IMG/VR virus record: IMGVR_UViG_3300037087_000760
Span: 146,984-210,983 of that record
Reading direction: 5' to 3' (one strand)
DNA length: 64,000 nucleotides
Part shown: positions 51,961 through 63,025 of the stretch, in pieces
Numbering within the stretch: the stretch's first letter is position 1
How the letters are laid out: every line of letters starts with the position of its first letter
Translations under genes and position numbers: made by a program
Notes under the pieces: model-generated
Told to the model about the DNA's origin: nothing
Databases searched by the model: none
What the model saw: the letters and a program-made list of their open reading frames with translations, nothing else

Positions 51961-53135
51961 ACATTAACTACATTGTAAATATTGTTCAAAGTGTCTTAGA
52001 TAAAGTTCATTCTAATTCTCAAAAAAAAATGTTAAAAATAAGACCCAATGAACAAACGCCCAAGGAAATTTCAATGGCCTGTGCAGTATGTGGAGATAGT
52101 CATGATAAAATGAATGCCAAGCGTTCACATTTATATTTAAAAAATATGTATGTGAAGTGCTATAATGAACAATCGTGTAGTATGTTTTTTACTAAATGGT
52201 GTGATCATTTTGGTATTAAATTAGATCCAGAAAAAAAACTTCAAATTTATGATTACATAAGTCAAAATATTTCCTTTACTTCGAAAGAAGATTTCGCTGT
52301 TGAAAACTTAGACAGATTATTAGATGCTAAAGAATACATGGATTTTTTAAATTCTCGTAAGGGGTGTTTTCTTACTAATATATCACCAATAAAAAAAGGT
52401 TCATTTGCTTTTGATTATTTGAAAAAAAGAAAAATTCAGAATTATAGTAATATTCTTCAAGGAATCTACCACATTACTAATCGATGGGCTGAGTCTGTCA
52501 TTATTATATTAAACCGAAGAGGAAACAAGTTACTTGGTTTTCAATTAAGAAATTTGAAAGACGATAAAACTAAAAGAATTTATAAGGAATATGAGTTTGA
52601 ATATTTGTATAACTATAAGAACACGACTGATTCCTTGGATGAACTGGAATCAATATCATATAATAAACTATCCCATTTATTCAATATATTGAATGTTGAT
52701 TTTAATCAACCAATAAACGCCTTCGAGGGTTATTTGGATAGTGTTTTTTTTCCTAATTCTATATCGTTAATTGGATTGGATACAAATATAGATCTTATTC
52801 AGAATGACAATCTGGAACTTCGATTTGTTTTTGATAATGATGAACCGGGATTACGAAAAGCTAAGAAAATGTTAGAACAGGGAAAATCCGTCTTTCTGTG
52901 GCGAAAACTTATTGATGATTTAGCTAAGGGGGATTATGTTTATCTCAATACCCTCAATAACATAAAAGATATGAATCAATTAGTTATTTTACTGAATAAT
53001 CCAAATATTTATTTTGATTTGAATCTGGAAAATTATTTTTCAAGAGATAGATTTGATATGATTTATTTGGAAGATATTACTAAGAAAAAAACAAAAAAGA
53101 CTGATCCGTCTCAATGGGATAATATCATTTTGTAA
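51918..53135 (+). CDS. DNA primase (T4 gp61-like)
   Basis: CAVCGDS..KCYN..C zinc finger; TOPRIM EGYLDS, FDND, KDMN. Confidence 0.85.
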   Translation: MADELFENTNKKELDINYIVNIVQSVLDKVHSNSQKKMLKIRPNEQTPKEISMACAVCGDSHDKMNAKRSHLYLKNMYVKCYNEQSCSMFFTKWCDHFGIKLDPEKKLQIYDYISQNISFTSKEDFAVENLDRLLDAKEYMDFLNSRKGCFLTNISPIKKGSFAFDYLKKRKIQNYSNILQGIYHITNRWAESVIIILNRRGNKLLGFQLRNLKDDKTKRIYKEYEFEYLYNYKNTTDSLDELESISYNKLSHLFNILNVDFNQPINAFEGYLDSVFFPNSISLIGLDTNIDLIQNDNLELRFVFDNDEPGLRKAKKMLEQGKSVFLWRKLIDDLAKGDYVYLNTLNNIKDMNQLVILLNNPNIYFDLNLENYFSRDRFDMIYLEDITKKKTKKTDPSQWDNIIL

Positions 53136-53183
53136 ACTTCTATCCTATTAAAATGTATAAAGTAAAAAATATTTCAGAATATA

Positions 53184-53963
53184 ATGGCTAAAAGTGAGAA
53201 TATTAAATTTGAAATTTCACAATCAAATTTAAAGAAATTATTAGATAAGATAAAGGATTTGGCTAAGATTCATGAGAAGAAAATTGTCGTAATGAAATTC
53301 GAAAAAGACAGTTTAATACTCTTTTCATTTGTCGGAAAAACTTTCAAAAATATTTATGCCTTTAAAAATTATATTTTCAAATATGATGAAATTTTTAGTT
53401 TTATTACAGATATACCAGAACCAGTTTCATATATAGCAAAGAATGGTATAAAGCTTTATCATACCATAAATCAGTTTTTAGAATATGATTCGGTAAGTTG
53501 TGAAATATCTGTAAGTAATACAGCTCCCGGATTTGCTGATTCGTGGAGAATCCATCATGAAGATATTTTCGATACAACATTGATAGCTGGAGATAATCTA
53601 ATTGTCGGGAAAGACATTAATATGGATGATATTAATCGTCTAATGGACACATCAACTGCTTTATTTAATTTTAATCTATCCAATGCTAATTATGAAAAGA
53701 TAAAGAAAATGTCAACGATTGATGTAAAGGAAAATGACATTCTTACAATCACTGTTGAGAAGAATAAATTATATATGGGTGAAAAATGGAGATTGAAGAT
53801 TTCTGATAATATAGAACAACCTGATTATACATATACATTTCCAAAAAGATACTTTAATACCATCTCGACCACAACCGATATTGAGATTTTTGTTTTTGAA
53901 CAGTATATTCTTACTAAATATGATGATTATAACCTCATGATAGTGTTAGAAACCTCAGTATAA
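53184..53963 (+). CDS. Putative DNA sliding clamp
   Basis: 259 aa, two-fold beta-alpha-beta pattern, directly after primase. Confidence 0.45.
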   Translation: MAKSENIKFEISQSNLKKLLDKIKDLAKIHEKKIVVMKFEKDSLILFSFVGKTFKNIYAFKNYIFKYDEIFSFITDIPEPVSYIAKNGIKLYHTINQFLEYDSVSCEISVSNTAPGFADSWRIHHEDIFDTTLIAGDNLIVGKDINMDDINRLMDTSTALFNFNLSNANYEKIKKMSTIDVKENDILTITVEKNKLYMGEKWRLKISDNIEQPDYTYTFPKRYFNTISTTTDIEIFVFEQYILTKYDDYNLMIVLETSV

Positions 53964-54017
53964 ATTTTTTTATTCCATAAATTCTTCGTACCTTTGTACT
54001 ATCAATGTTAATAGTAC

Positions 54018-54455
54018 ATGCAGATGTATAATCTTTTTCTCGATGATGATAGGTTTCCGTTTAATGGGGGTACAGATGTTCCCGTTGATTTCGAATTAGA
54101 CAGTGCTTATGATTTGACAAGAGATAAAAGATATAAAGATCTTGATTGGGTAATCGTCAGAAGTTTTCCACAGTTTGTTGAGATGATAGAAAAAAGAGGA
54201 TTACCAGAAATGATTTCTTTTGATCACGATCTTAAAGATGAACATTATTATCATTACAGAACATTCACAATATTTACTGGTTGGATTGATTATACCGTAG
54301 TAGAGGGAACAGGACATGAATGTGCAAAATGGTTAATTAATTATTTACTTAATAACGATTTGGATTGTCCTACAATTCTTATACATACACAAAACACCAC
54401 AGGTGCAAAAAATATCTGGAAACTATTTGAAAACTTTAATGAAAACAGGAAATGA
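54018..54455 (+). CDS. Cyclic-phosphate-processing receiver-like domain
   Basis: LFLDDDR, ISFDHDL, TG.ECAKWL, IHTQN. Confidence 0.75.
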   Translation: MQMYNLFLDDDRFPFNGGTDVPVDFELDSAYDLTRDKRYKDLDWVIVRSFPQFVEMIEKRGLPEMISFDHDLKDEHYYHYRTFTIFTGWIDYTVVEGTGHECAKWLINYLLNNDLDCPTILIHTQNTTGAKNIWKLFENFNENRK

Positions 54456-55945
54456 AAACGACAAATATTTTCGAAGTTGATGTTGACGGTTTACGCCAAC
54501 TTCAAGAAGGTAAACCGAAATGGTTTATCATTCGTGAACTTCTTCAAAACGCAATCGATGAAAACATTACAACCTGTGATATTCATCTGGATTGGCAACG
54601 AGGAAAGGCCTTTATTCAGGTCAATGATGATTCACCTACTGGATTTCGTGATTTATCCGATGCTTATACTCTTTTCAAAGACACATATAAAAGAAGTGAT
54701 GTCAAGAAAAGAGGAAGATTCAATTTCGGTGAAAAACAGGTATTGTGTCTTTGTGATTCCGCCACCATTTTAACTACTACGGGTTGTGTTGAGTTCGATA
54801 TTAAAAAGGGTGTTAAGACCCTTACTAAAAACAAGACACCAAAGGGTAGTATGGTTTTTGTAACCGTAAAAATGACACACGAAGAATTCGTTGAATGTTG
54901 TAAATACTGTGATAGTATCCTTGTTCCTGATAATATTAAAGTTGATATCATTGTCGGAAATATGGGGGCTGGTATTGAAAAAGTAGATGGTCATGATTGG
55001 ATGGGAACAGTCGCGAAGGGTACATGGAAAACCTTGTCTTATCAGAAACCTCATAAAATCTTCACCACTAAACTCCCAACTGAATTGAAAGAGGGTGATA
55101 GAATGAGGAATGTTACAAGGGAAACCGCTGTTCATATTCATAATAAGAACGGTTCAGCTTATATTTATGAAATGGGTATTCCTATCTGTGAAATCGAATG
55201 TGATTATTCAATTGATATTCAACAGAAAGTTCCCCTTTCTAATGATAGGGATAAAGTGGATGGTAAGTACCTGAAAGTTCTTTATGGTGAAATCCTAAAT
55301 CATACTCATGAAGAAATTACCGAAGAACAAAGTAGTCGTATCTGGGTAAGAACTGGAACTACATCTGATAGAGTAACAAAAGAAACCGTTCAGGATGTTA
55401 TTACTAAACGATTCGGAGAAAATGCTCTTATCGCTAATCCATTAGATCCAAGAAGTATGGACGAAGCCATTAGTAACGGACACAATGTTATTTATGGTAG
55501 GGAAATGGATAAGGATGAATGGACAAAAGTAAAAGGTTTCGATCTCCTTGAAACAACTTCTCAGAAATATAAAGTAGGTATCACCGAAAGTAAAAAGGTA
55601 AATCCCTCAGACGATCAGAAAAAAATAGCTGAATTCGCTAAGAAAATATCTAAAGAATTCTTACACTTTGATCTGAGTGTTGAGTTCATATCATCATCTG
55701 ATGCTTCAACAGTGGCTGATTTCGGTGGTAATAACCTACGATTTAATGTTCCAAAGATAACCAAGTCAATGTGGACACCATCAGAAGATGGTTATATCAA
55801 ACAAACCATGTTAGACCTTCTCATTCATGAAATAGGACATAAGGCTGGATGGCATTATGAACACGCTTACCATGAATGTATTACAAAACTTGGTAGTCAG
55901 TTAACAATTAAGGCATTAACTGAACCAAATTGGTTCATTTTATAA
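54452..55945 (+). CDS. GHKL (HSP90-like) ATPase with C-terminal HExxH
   Basis: IRELLQNAID, D..G, RGRFNFGEK; LLIHEIGH. Confidence 0.75.
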   Translation: MKTTNIFEVDVDGLRQLQEGKPKWFIIRELLQNAIDENITTCDIHLDWQRGKAFIQVNDDSPTGFRDLSDAYTLFKDTYKRSDVKKRGRFNFGEKQVLCLCDSATILTTTGCVEFDIKKGVKTLTKNKTPKGSMVFVTVKMTHEEFVECCKYCDSILVPDNIKVDIIVGNMGAGIEKVDGHDWMGTVAKGTWKTLSYQKPHKIFTTKLPTELKEGDRMRNVTRETAVHIHNKNGSAYIYEMGIPICEIECDYSIDIQQKVPLSNDRDKVDGKYLKVLYGEILNHTHEEITEEQSSRIWVRTGTTSDRVTKETVQDVITKRFGENALIANPLDPRSMDEAISNGHNVIYGREMDKDEWTKVKGFDLLETTSQKYKVGITESKKVNPSDDQKKIAEFAKKISKEFLHFDLSVEFISSSDASTVADFGGNNLRFNVPKITKSMWTPSEDGYIKQTMLDLLIHEIGHKAGWHYEHAYHECITKLGSQLTIKALTEPNWFIL

Positions 55946-56491
55946 AACACATATGTACAAAAGAGAATCATTAAAAACCAGATGTAAAAGGTGGGTTGGA
56001 TCAATGACAAGATCCGACAGACCAACATGGGTGGAATTATTAAGTGCAGATTTCTCTTGGTTTCCACCTTTGGTTTCTTCGAGAACTGGAAAGAAATATG
56101 AAGAATGGAAAGAGTGTGTTGAAGATGCTACTGATGATGAATTGGAAAAATTATGGCATGAAATTGAGGAATACAGAATGAGAAAATTATATGAACATTA
56201 AGATTATATTTTTTTTATTGAGATTTTTTACTTATTATTGTAATAATTATAAATGAAATATTTATGTTAACTGAAGTGATCGAGGCACAAACCTACCTCA
56301 AGAAAAAATTCAATGGTAATGATGTCCCAGCTGGAACTTATGCCATTCCAACAGAAACAAGTAAAGGTAAGGCTTTCATGAAAGTTACAGTAAATCCAGA
56401 AGGATATTTGGGTGGATTTGATTTATTTTGGGATGAAGAGTTCACTCAATCTTGGTATGAAAAGAAAAATAAAAAATAAAAATAAATTCAA

Positions 56492-56962
56492 ATGGTAGGA
56501 ACAATATTAATTATTATCGGTATCATTGTAGTACTTATTGTACTTGGTTGTATTTGGGTTTCGAGAATACGAAAGAGAGAATCGGCTAAACCGTTCCCTG
56601 AACATCCACCTATACCTTTCTATACAGATCCTTACGCTACTAAAAAATTTCCCAGCCACACAAACCCACTTCCACCTCCTCCCCAAATAAATCCACTTTC
56701 ACCCCCACAAGAGGATGATGGATTCACTACTTCTATGGCAATAGGTGCACTTACAGATAATGCTTTATTGGGGACAGCCTTGGGTGGTAATATGGCCGGT
56801 GCCATGATTGGTCAGGAATTACATGATATAATGGATACTCCACCATCACCACAAGATGAACAACCCTCAGACATATCTCCTGATACACCCGATACACCCG
56901 ATACACCCGATACTCCCGATACCGATTTCAATTCGGATTCGACATCAGTTTCAGATTTTTAA
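56492..56962 (+). CDS. Membrane-anchored Pro/Asp-rich protein
   Basis: N-terminal TM, (PDT)n from 9-bp tandem repeat near 56879-56923. Confidence 0.6.
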   Translation: MVGTILIIIGIIVVLIVLGCIWVSRIRKRESAKPFPEHPPIPFYTDPYATKKFPSHTNPLPPPPQINPLSPPQEDDGFTTSMAIGALTDNALLGTALGGNMAGAMIGQELHDIMDTPPSPQDEQPSDISPDTPDTPDTPDTPDTDFNSDSTSVSDF

Positions 56963-57794
56963 AAATAAAAATTAATTTAACAAAAATAAATTATTATGAC
57001 AACAAAAACTAAAATTATCATTTGGGCGATAGTACTATTCGTATTATTCGTGATTGGTTTCTTCTGGTTATTGAGCCACGCCTTCGTCATCATGACATTC
57101 GGAACTATTTTTAAAATTGCCGGAGCCTTTATCCTTGCAGTATTTATTTCTTACTGGATTGGTTATGGGGTTTGTCATCATAAAATAACTACGAAAAATG
57201 AAAAAGGATAAAATTAAAGAATGTATTGGAGAATGTAAATTCAATTTATATGTGAGTTTATTTCTATTCTTCGGATTCTGGTTCATTTTCATGTTTTTCT
57301 TGGCCTTCGTAATTAGTTGGTGGTCTATTCCAATTGGGATTTTTATGGGATTACTTGTCACAATTACAAGAGGTGGGGATGCTTATTTTACTTATCAGGA
57401 TTCAACAACAAATGTAAATGTGGGTCAAATGACCAGTTCATCTTCCAAGTTGAGTTATATCAATTTAAAAATAGTTGGGGATAGTGATGAATTTGGTAAA
57501 ATGATTTGTAAGGTTGAAAGTATTGATGGTAAATATATTGATGGTGTTACACTGAAATTACCTAAATCTGAAATTTTCGTGAAGAAAAGATACTTTTGGA
57601 AACAAACTTTTAAAGCTATCGGGTAATGAAAATGAAAATACCAGTAGCAATAATAGTTTTTGTTACGATGTTATTCGAATTTTTAATGAGTATTTGTTTG
57701 TTCATTGTACAGGATTACATTATGTCCATAGTTTTATTCACTATATCTGGAATATTATTTTGGATATTAATAATTTTAATTAAAAAACTAATAA

Positions 57795-58241
57795 ATGAAT
57801 CTCGAAGAGAAGATTAATTCCGATATCAAAGAATCAATTTTAAGACAAGAAAACGAAAAATTAGAGGCTCTTAGATTGATTAAATCTACTATTCAGGTTG
57901 AAAAAGCCAAAGATGGTAAAGAACTATTGACTGATGAACAAGTAATGAAAGTTATTCAGAAAATGGTTAGTCAGAGTACAGAATCCGCTACTCAATATGC
58001 TCAAGGGGGTAGAGTGGATTTGGTTGATCATGAAATGCTTCTTATTACAGTCTATAAAACATATCTTCCAGAACAATTATCAGTTGAAGAAATCACTGAA
58101 AAAGTGAAAGAAATCATAACTGAAACTGGAGCCACTTCAATTCGTGATATGGGTAAGGTGATGGGTGTGGCCACCAAATTCTTTTCTGGTCGTGCAGATA
58201 ATAAAACTATTGGTTCAATCGTAAAAACTATACTATCATAA
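57795..58241 (+). CDS. GatB/YqeY domain protein
   Basis: ALRLIKS, YLPEQLS, DMGKVMG, GRAD. Confidence 0.93.
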   Translation: MNLEEKINSDIKESILRQENEKLEALRLIKSTIQVEKAKDGKELLTDEQVMKVIQKMVSQSTESATQYAQGGRVDLVDHEMLLITVYKTYLPEQLSVEEITEKVKEIITETGATSIRDMGKVMGVATKFFSGRADNKTIGSIVKTILS

Positions 58242-58947
58242 CATTTTAAAAAATAAAAAATAATCTTATGGAAGATACTTTCAAGTTTCAGATAATGTTG
58301 GAGGCAGGAACACATATAAAATATGTAAAACTTACCGATATCGTAAAACATTTAGATGCTCAAATTAAAGCAATAGATTCAGATGATATAAAAGAAGTGC
58401 TCGAGCATATAAGAAGTGAATATATCAAATTATTATAAACTCCATTTAAACTTTTTTGTTCATGAAAATCTGGAAATATAAATTAACCAAAAATCCGAAT
58501 GATTATGAAGGTGATGGATTCACCATTCAGGAAGAAAATCATGGTAAGAAACCCAACAAAAAGACTTACAGCATTTGGCACGATCCATTTGAAGGGGGTC
58601 AGGCTTATGATTCTGATTGGACTATTGTAAACGAAGAAACATTCCCAAATTTAAATCTCCCAGATTTAGGTGAATGGAAATCATTCGATGAAGCATACAA
58701 ATGGATTGTTGATAATTTCGGTGAAATAACAGAAATCGAAATTGATTGATTTTGTTAGAATAAATTAAAGTTGATTGATTATGAGTAAAGAAGATTTATT
58801 AAAAATATGGCAACAAAGGGCAAAAGAATTACACGAAATTGCTGATAATGAGAGGATAAATTTTCCAGATAGAATTGAAGCCGGTGCAAAAGCAAATCAA
58901 TTATTACAATGTATGCTCGATATAAAACAATTTTTAGAGGAAAAAAT

Positions 58948-59790
58948 ATGAATATAAAACAATTTGAAATAAACGGTAAGGGAAAAGTTGATATTAATTT
59001 AAATGATATTGATTTGAATGATGTCGATTCCGATATTACCGAACAAATAGAGGGGAACATAAAAAGCCTCATTGATTTACAGGATAAGTTATATGCTGAT
59101 GGTAAATATTCAATACTATTAATTATTCAAGCGCTTGATACGGCTGGTAAAGACGGAATCGTTAAGCATGTAATGTCGGGTCTTAATCCCCAAGCAACTC
59201 AGGTTTATAGTTTTAAACAACCCACTTCAGAGGAATTGAATCATGATTTCTTATGGAAAGCTCACAAAAGTTTACCAGAGAGAGGACACATTGGTATCTT
59301 TAATCGTTCCTATTATGAAGAAGTTCTCGTAGTTAAGGTTCATGATCTGATAAAATTTCAGAGAATTCCAACCGTTTTGATTCATAAGGATATCTTTGAA
59401 GAAAGATATGAACAGATAAGAAATTTTGAAAAGATGCTTCATAAAAATGGAACAGTCGTTATAAAAATATTCTTGAACATATCCAAAAAAGAACAAAAAG
59501 AAAGATTACTGGAGAGGATTGATGATAAATCTAAGAATTGGAAATTTTCGGAATCTGACTTAAAAGAGCGTCAGTTCTGGGGTGATTATATGAAATGTTA
59601 TGAAGATCTGATTAATGAAACATCCACCGATGATTGTCCTTGGTATGTTGTTCCGGCCAATCATAAAAAAACATCACGACTTATTGTTTCGAAAATTTTG
59701 GTTGAGAGAATGAAAAAATTAAATCTGGAATATCCTCAATTAACAAAAGAGCAAGAACAGAATTTATTGAAATGTAAGGAACAATTATAA
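58948..59790 (+). CDS. ppk2: Polyphosphate kinase 2 family
   Basis: QALDTAGKDG, FKQP..EE..HDFLW, FNRSYYE, PWYVVPA. Confidence 0.95.
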   Translation: MNIKQFEINGKGKVDINLNDIDLNDVDSDITEQIEGNIKSLIDLQDKLYADGKYSILLIIQALDTAGKDGIVKHVMSGLNPQATQVYSFKQPTSEELNHDFLWKAHKSLPERGHIGIFNRSYYEEVLVVKVHDLIKFQRIPTVLIHKDIFEERYEQIRNFEKMLHKNGTVVIKIFLNISKKEQKERLLERIDDKSKNWKFSESDLKERQFWGDYMKCYEDLINETSTDDCPWYVVPANHKKTSRLIVSKILVERMKKLNLEYPQLTKEQEQNLLKCKEQL

Positions 59791-59825
59791 AAGAAAAAGG
59801 GGTGTCAACGACATCCCTTTTCTTT
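59790..59825. terminator. Bidirectional terminator between convergent genes
   Basis: AAAGAAAAAGGGGTGTC-AAC-GACATCCCTTTTCTTT. Confidence 0.8.
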
Positions 59826-59840
59826 AAAGTTTATTGAGAA

Positions 59841-60089
59841 TTACTTCTTCACAACTTTCTTTGTTTTCTTTGTACATTTCTTTGTACATTTGGTAATAGA
59901 ATCAGCCTTCTTAATAGAATCAGCCTTTTGAGTTAAAACTAAAACCTTCTGAATTGAATCTTTCTTAATAGAATCAACTCTGATAGAATCTGTTTTTGCT
60001 TTAGCCACAGCTTCCTCTTTGACTGTGTTGTTACAAGCCGTAAAAGAAACAATCATTAAAATACTTAAAATTGCAATTAACTTTTTCAT
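59841..60089 (-). CDS. Small lipoprotein
   Basis: Signal peptide ending FTAC, repeated DSI motifs. Confidence 0.75.
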   Translation of the reverse strand: MKKLIAILSILMIVSFTACNNTVKEEAVAKAKTDSIRVDSIKKDSIQKVLVLTQKADSIKKADSITKCTKKCTKKTKKVVKK

Positions 60090-60256
60090 AATTTTTATTT
60101 GTTTTATTATTTTTTATACCTGTTATATCACAGGTTTCAATATTTGTTTTAAAAAATTTTAACATTTTTTAACATTTGTATATATATTATAATTTTTCCA
60201 AAAATTTTCCAAATTGGAAAACAATATATATTCTAATAAAACTAATCAGTGTTTTT

Positions 60257-61078
60257 ATGATAAGATATACTCAAATAAAAGAAATGTTAGACAAGAAGAT
60301 AAATCAAAGAGAATACAACGATGTACTCAAGCAAATGGGAGTAATGAGCGAGGATGGTAAGGTGGATCTTCAAAACATGAAGAAAAAAATCGGTGATTTC
60401 TTAGAAGTTGAATCCAATAGAACTAAATTTTTAAAAGAAGTTGAAGAAAATGACATAGAGGGAGAAAAGGTCAAAATAAGGGCTAAGAAACTCAATCCCG
60501 GTCAGACAACCATTTACTTGGACCAAATTATATCAAGGATTCTAAGTAACGCAGAATTCGTCAAGGATGTTATTAAAGGTAAGTATAATGACAGAGATAT
60601 CTTAATCAGTTCAGATAACTATATTATTGATGGTCATCACCGATGGGGTTCTGTATTTATCCTAAACCCAAAATGTAAAATTAAATGTACCAAAATTAAT
60701 CTTCCAATAGAAAAGGCACTACCTATTTTGAATGCTATTTTAAAAGAATATCAATCCAGAACTCAAGATCAAACTGGTGAACAGAAGTACAATCTTTATA
60801 AATTAGCAAAAGAGGAAAAATTACCAGATAAACTTCAAAAGATAATTAAAAAAATGGCTGATGAAGATCCTTGGAGAACAGGTAAGGATAAAACTAAAAT
60901 GGTTGAAGATCTCTATGAAAAAATCTTTCATAAAGATAAGAAAAAATTAAGTCCAACTGAATATCTAGCTAAAAACATTAAAAAAATTCCAAGTCCTCAT
61001 AGTGAATTCACCGAGAGAAAGGAAATGCCACAATTAAAGAAAAAAGATGTTGAAAAAATAGTTAAGGAAAAAGATTAA
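60257..61078 (+). CDS. ParB/Srx-like domain protein
   Basis: L.PGQ, ILISSDNYIIDGHHRW. Confidence 0.75.
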   Translation: MIRYTQIKEMLDKKINQREYNDVLKQMGVMSEDGKVDLQNMKKKIGDFLEVESNRTKFLKEVEENDIEGEKVKIRAKKLNPGQTTIYLDQIISRILSNAEFVKDVIKGKYNDRDILISSDNYIIDGHHRWGSVFILNPKCKIKCTKINLPIEKALPILNAILKEYQSRTQDQTGEQKYNLYKLAKEEKLPDKLQKIIKKMADEDPWRTGKDKTKMVEDLYEKIFHKDKKKLSPTEYLAKNIKKIPSPHSEFTERKEMPQLKKKDVEKIVKEKD

Positions 61079-61108
61079 TGATGTCCCTTACCTTTATAAT
61101 CAATCAAT

Positions 61109-62008
61109 CTAAAATTTTCTAATTTTTTCTACGAAGCTGAATAATTTTCTAATATATTCATCTTTCTTATATGAACTGGTCATTAAATAAACACAATAAA
61201 CAAAATACATCATTTTATTAATTACAATATTTTCATTTATATTTTCTCCACCAACTTGACGAAATTCTACATAGTTTTTATTGAATAATTTCCAAAAATT
61301 AATATTATAAGTTTTTTGAGTGGATGTAAATATTTTTTGAATAATTTGTTCAATAAGGTTCTCTATTTGATTCTTATTCATGTCAGTTATATTTCTATTA
61401 TTAGATGTCTTTTGATAATTTTTATCATTGTTTATTATCATCATAAAAATCTCAGTCTTTAAACTACTACAATATCCACAGGTTTTTCGAGCTTCAATGT
61501 TTTTAAATGTATAATCATCCGATAACATCATAACACCTTTAACAACATTCCATCTTGATTTCGGTTTTTTTGTACCGATATTAATATGAATACTTGTTTT
61601 ATCATTAAAAAACCATTTATTTTGTTTTTCAAAATCTTCGAAAAATATTTTAATGAATTCTTTAGATTCTTGTAAGCTATGAAATGGTGGAGTTACAAAT
61701 TCCATTCCAGATGAAACTGTCCCTTCATAATGATATTCCAAAATATCGAAATATTTTCGGAAGAAATTTGGAAAATTATTTTTGATATCCATCACTTTTC
61801 TTCTATCCTGAATCGATAATACATTTAATTTCTTCGATTCATTGGTTATTATTTTTGGGGGAGTAGGTAGACTTCTAATTCTTCTATGGTCAGTGTCCAT
61901 TTCAATTTCAAATCCGATGGTAAAATAGTCATCCAAAGTCTCTAACAACGAAACATCTTTTTTCTGAAATTCCAAGAGAAATTCATCATATGTTCTAAAA
62001 TTTTTCAT
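61109..62008 (-). CDS. Tagged putative amidoligase (COOH-NH2 ligase)
   Basis: TIGFEIE, EFVTPP, SIHINIG, YNINF, VEFR. Confidence 0.75.
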   Translation of the reverse strand: MKNFRTYDEFLLEFQKKDVSLLETLDDYFTIGFEIEMDTDHRRIRSLPTPPKIITNESKKLNVLSIQDRRKVMDIKNNFPNFFRKYFDILEYHYEGTVSSGMEFVTPPFHSLQESKEFIKIFFEDFEKQNKWFFNDKTSIHINIGTKKPKSRWNVVKGVMMLSDDYTFKNIEARKTCGYCSSLKTEIFMMIINNDKNYQKTSNNRNITDMNKNQIENLIEQIIQKIFTSTQKTYNINFWKLFNKNYVEFRQVGGENINENIVINKMMYFVYCVYLMTSSYKKDEYIRKLFSFVEKIRKF

Positions 62009-62445
62009 AAATATCTTATTGATGTTTCTTTTGTTATTTTTTCTTTGAATACTTCTTTAAATTTACTTGAATCAATTCCCATAATTACAAATGTTCCTAC
62101 TGCATTGTAAGAATCTAACCATGTTTCAAAAAATGATCTGTTCCCATCATCATCATCAACTACCCATTCTAAATTTAATATTTCTTCATCTATCACAATT
62201 TCAAACACGACAGCCGTTAATTTATCGTATTCCTTATCCCCATTATGTATCATTCCCTCTGTTCGACTTATAGCGTGATATTGAGCATGTTCTTCTTCAT
62301 CTGTTACAAATAAATAACTTTTCTCCAATTCTCTCCAAGTTTCTAAGGTAGTACCATGATACATTTTTTTACCAAATAATTCTTCTTTGGTTTTTATGTT
62401 GGTAGATTCAAGTAAAAAGTCTTTAAATGTTTTAAAATGGTCCAT
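62005..62445 (-). CDS. Tagged ART-like protein
   Basis: MDHFKTFKDFLLES; MYHGT..LFVT...A..HA. Confidence 0.55.
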   Translation of the reverse strand: MDHFKTFKDFLLESTNIKTKEELFGKKMYHGTTLETWRELEKSYLFVTDEEEHAQYHAISRTEGMIHNGDKEYDKLTAVVFEIVIDEEILNLEWVVDDDDGNRSFFETWLDSYNAVGTFVIMGIDSSKFKEVFKEKITKETSIRYL

Positions 62446-63025
62446 CTATGAATTTTATATTCTTTTTATCATATACTCCATATGATATGCCATAATCCTC
62501 TTTTTCAGTTATATAATCTGTTAAAGAATTTTGAAAATATTGAAATGAATTGTATTTCAAATAATTATGTATGAAATAATCGAAATACTTACTTGATTCT
62601 ACATGACGAGTGTATATGGTATCAAAAAATTCTCCCATCTGAATAGTATCTTTAAATTCACTTTCAAAATTATAATTCTGTAATTCTCTCAAATATGTTG
62701 GATTCTTATTCTCTAATATGATACGAAAATCATTTAAAAGACGGTTCGCTTCAAATACTGGTATCTCACGATTCATGTCCAATAAAGGTTCTTCCAATGT
62801 TATTTCAAATTTACAAGTATATATTTTTTTACCTCCCCTCATCGGATAAAATCTTATATCTGGACTGCTGGAAAAATAAATGGCACGACCAAATATGGAA
62901 ATATCACTACTATGGTCCATTTTGAAATCAGCTTTTAACATATGTTCCAATTGGTTAGATAAGTGATAAGCTATTACTTTCTTACCCCCCTTAGCTTCCA
63001 ATAAAAATTCAGTAAATGTTTTCAT
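62432..63025 (-). CDS. Tagged ART-like protein
   Basis: MKTFTEFLLEA; AYH..FGRAIYFS..YGVYD..NIK. Confidence 0.6.
   Translation of the reverse strand: MKTFTEFLLEAKGGKKVIAYHLSNQLEHMLKADFKMDHSSDISIFGRAIYFSSSPDIRFYPMRGGKKIYTCKFEITLEEPLLDMNREIPVFEANRLLNDFRIILENKNPTYLRELQNYNFESEFKDTIQMGEFFDTIYTRHVESSKYFDYFIHNYLKYNSFQYFQNSLTDYITEKEDYGISYGVYDKKNIKFIDGPF

Noticed and set aside
56879-56923. 9-bp tandem repeat as a regulatory element
   Set aside because: In-frame coding repeat (PDT)n in a low-complexity tail.
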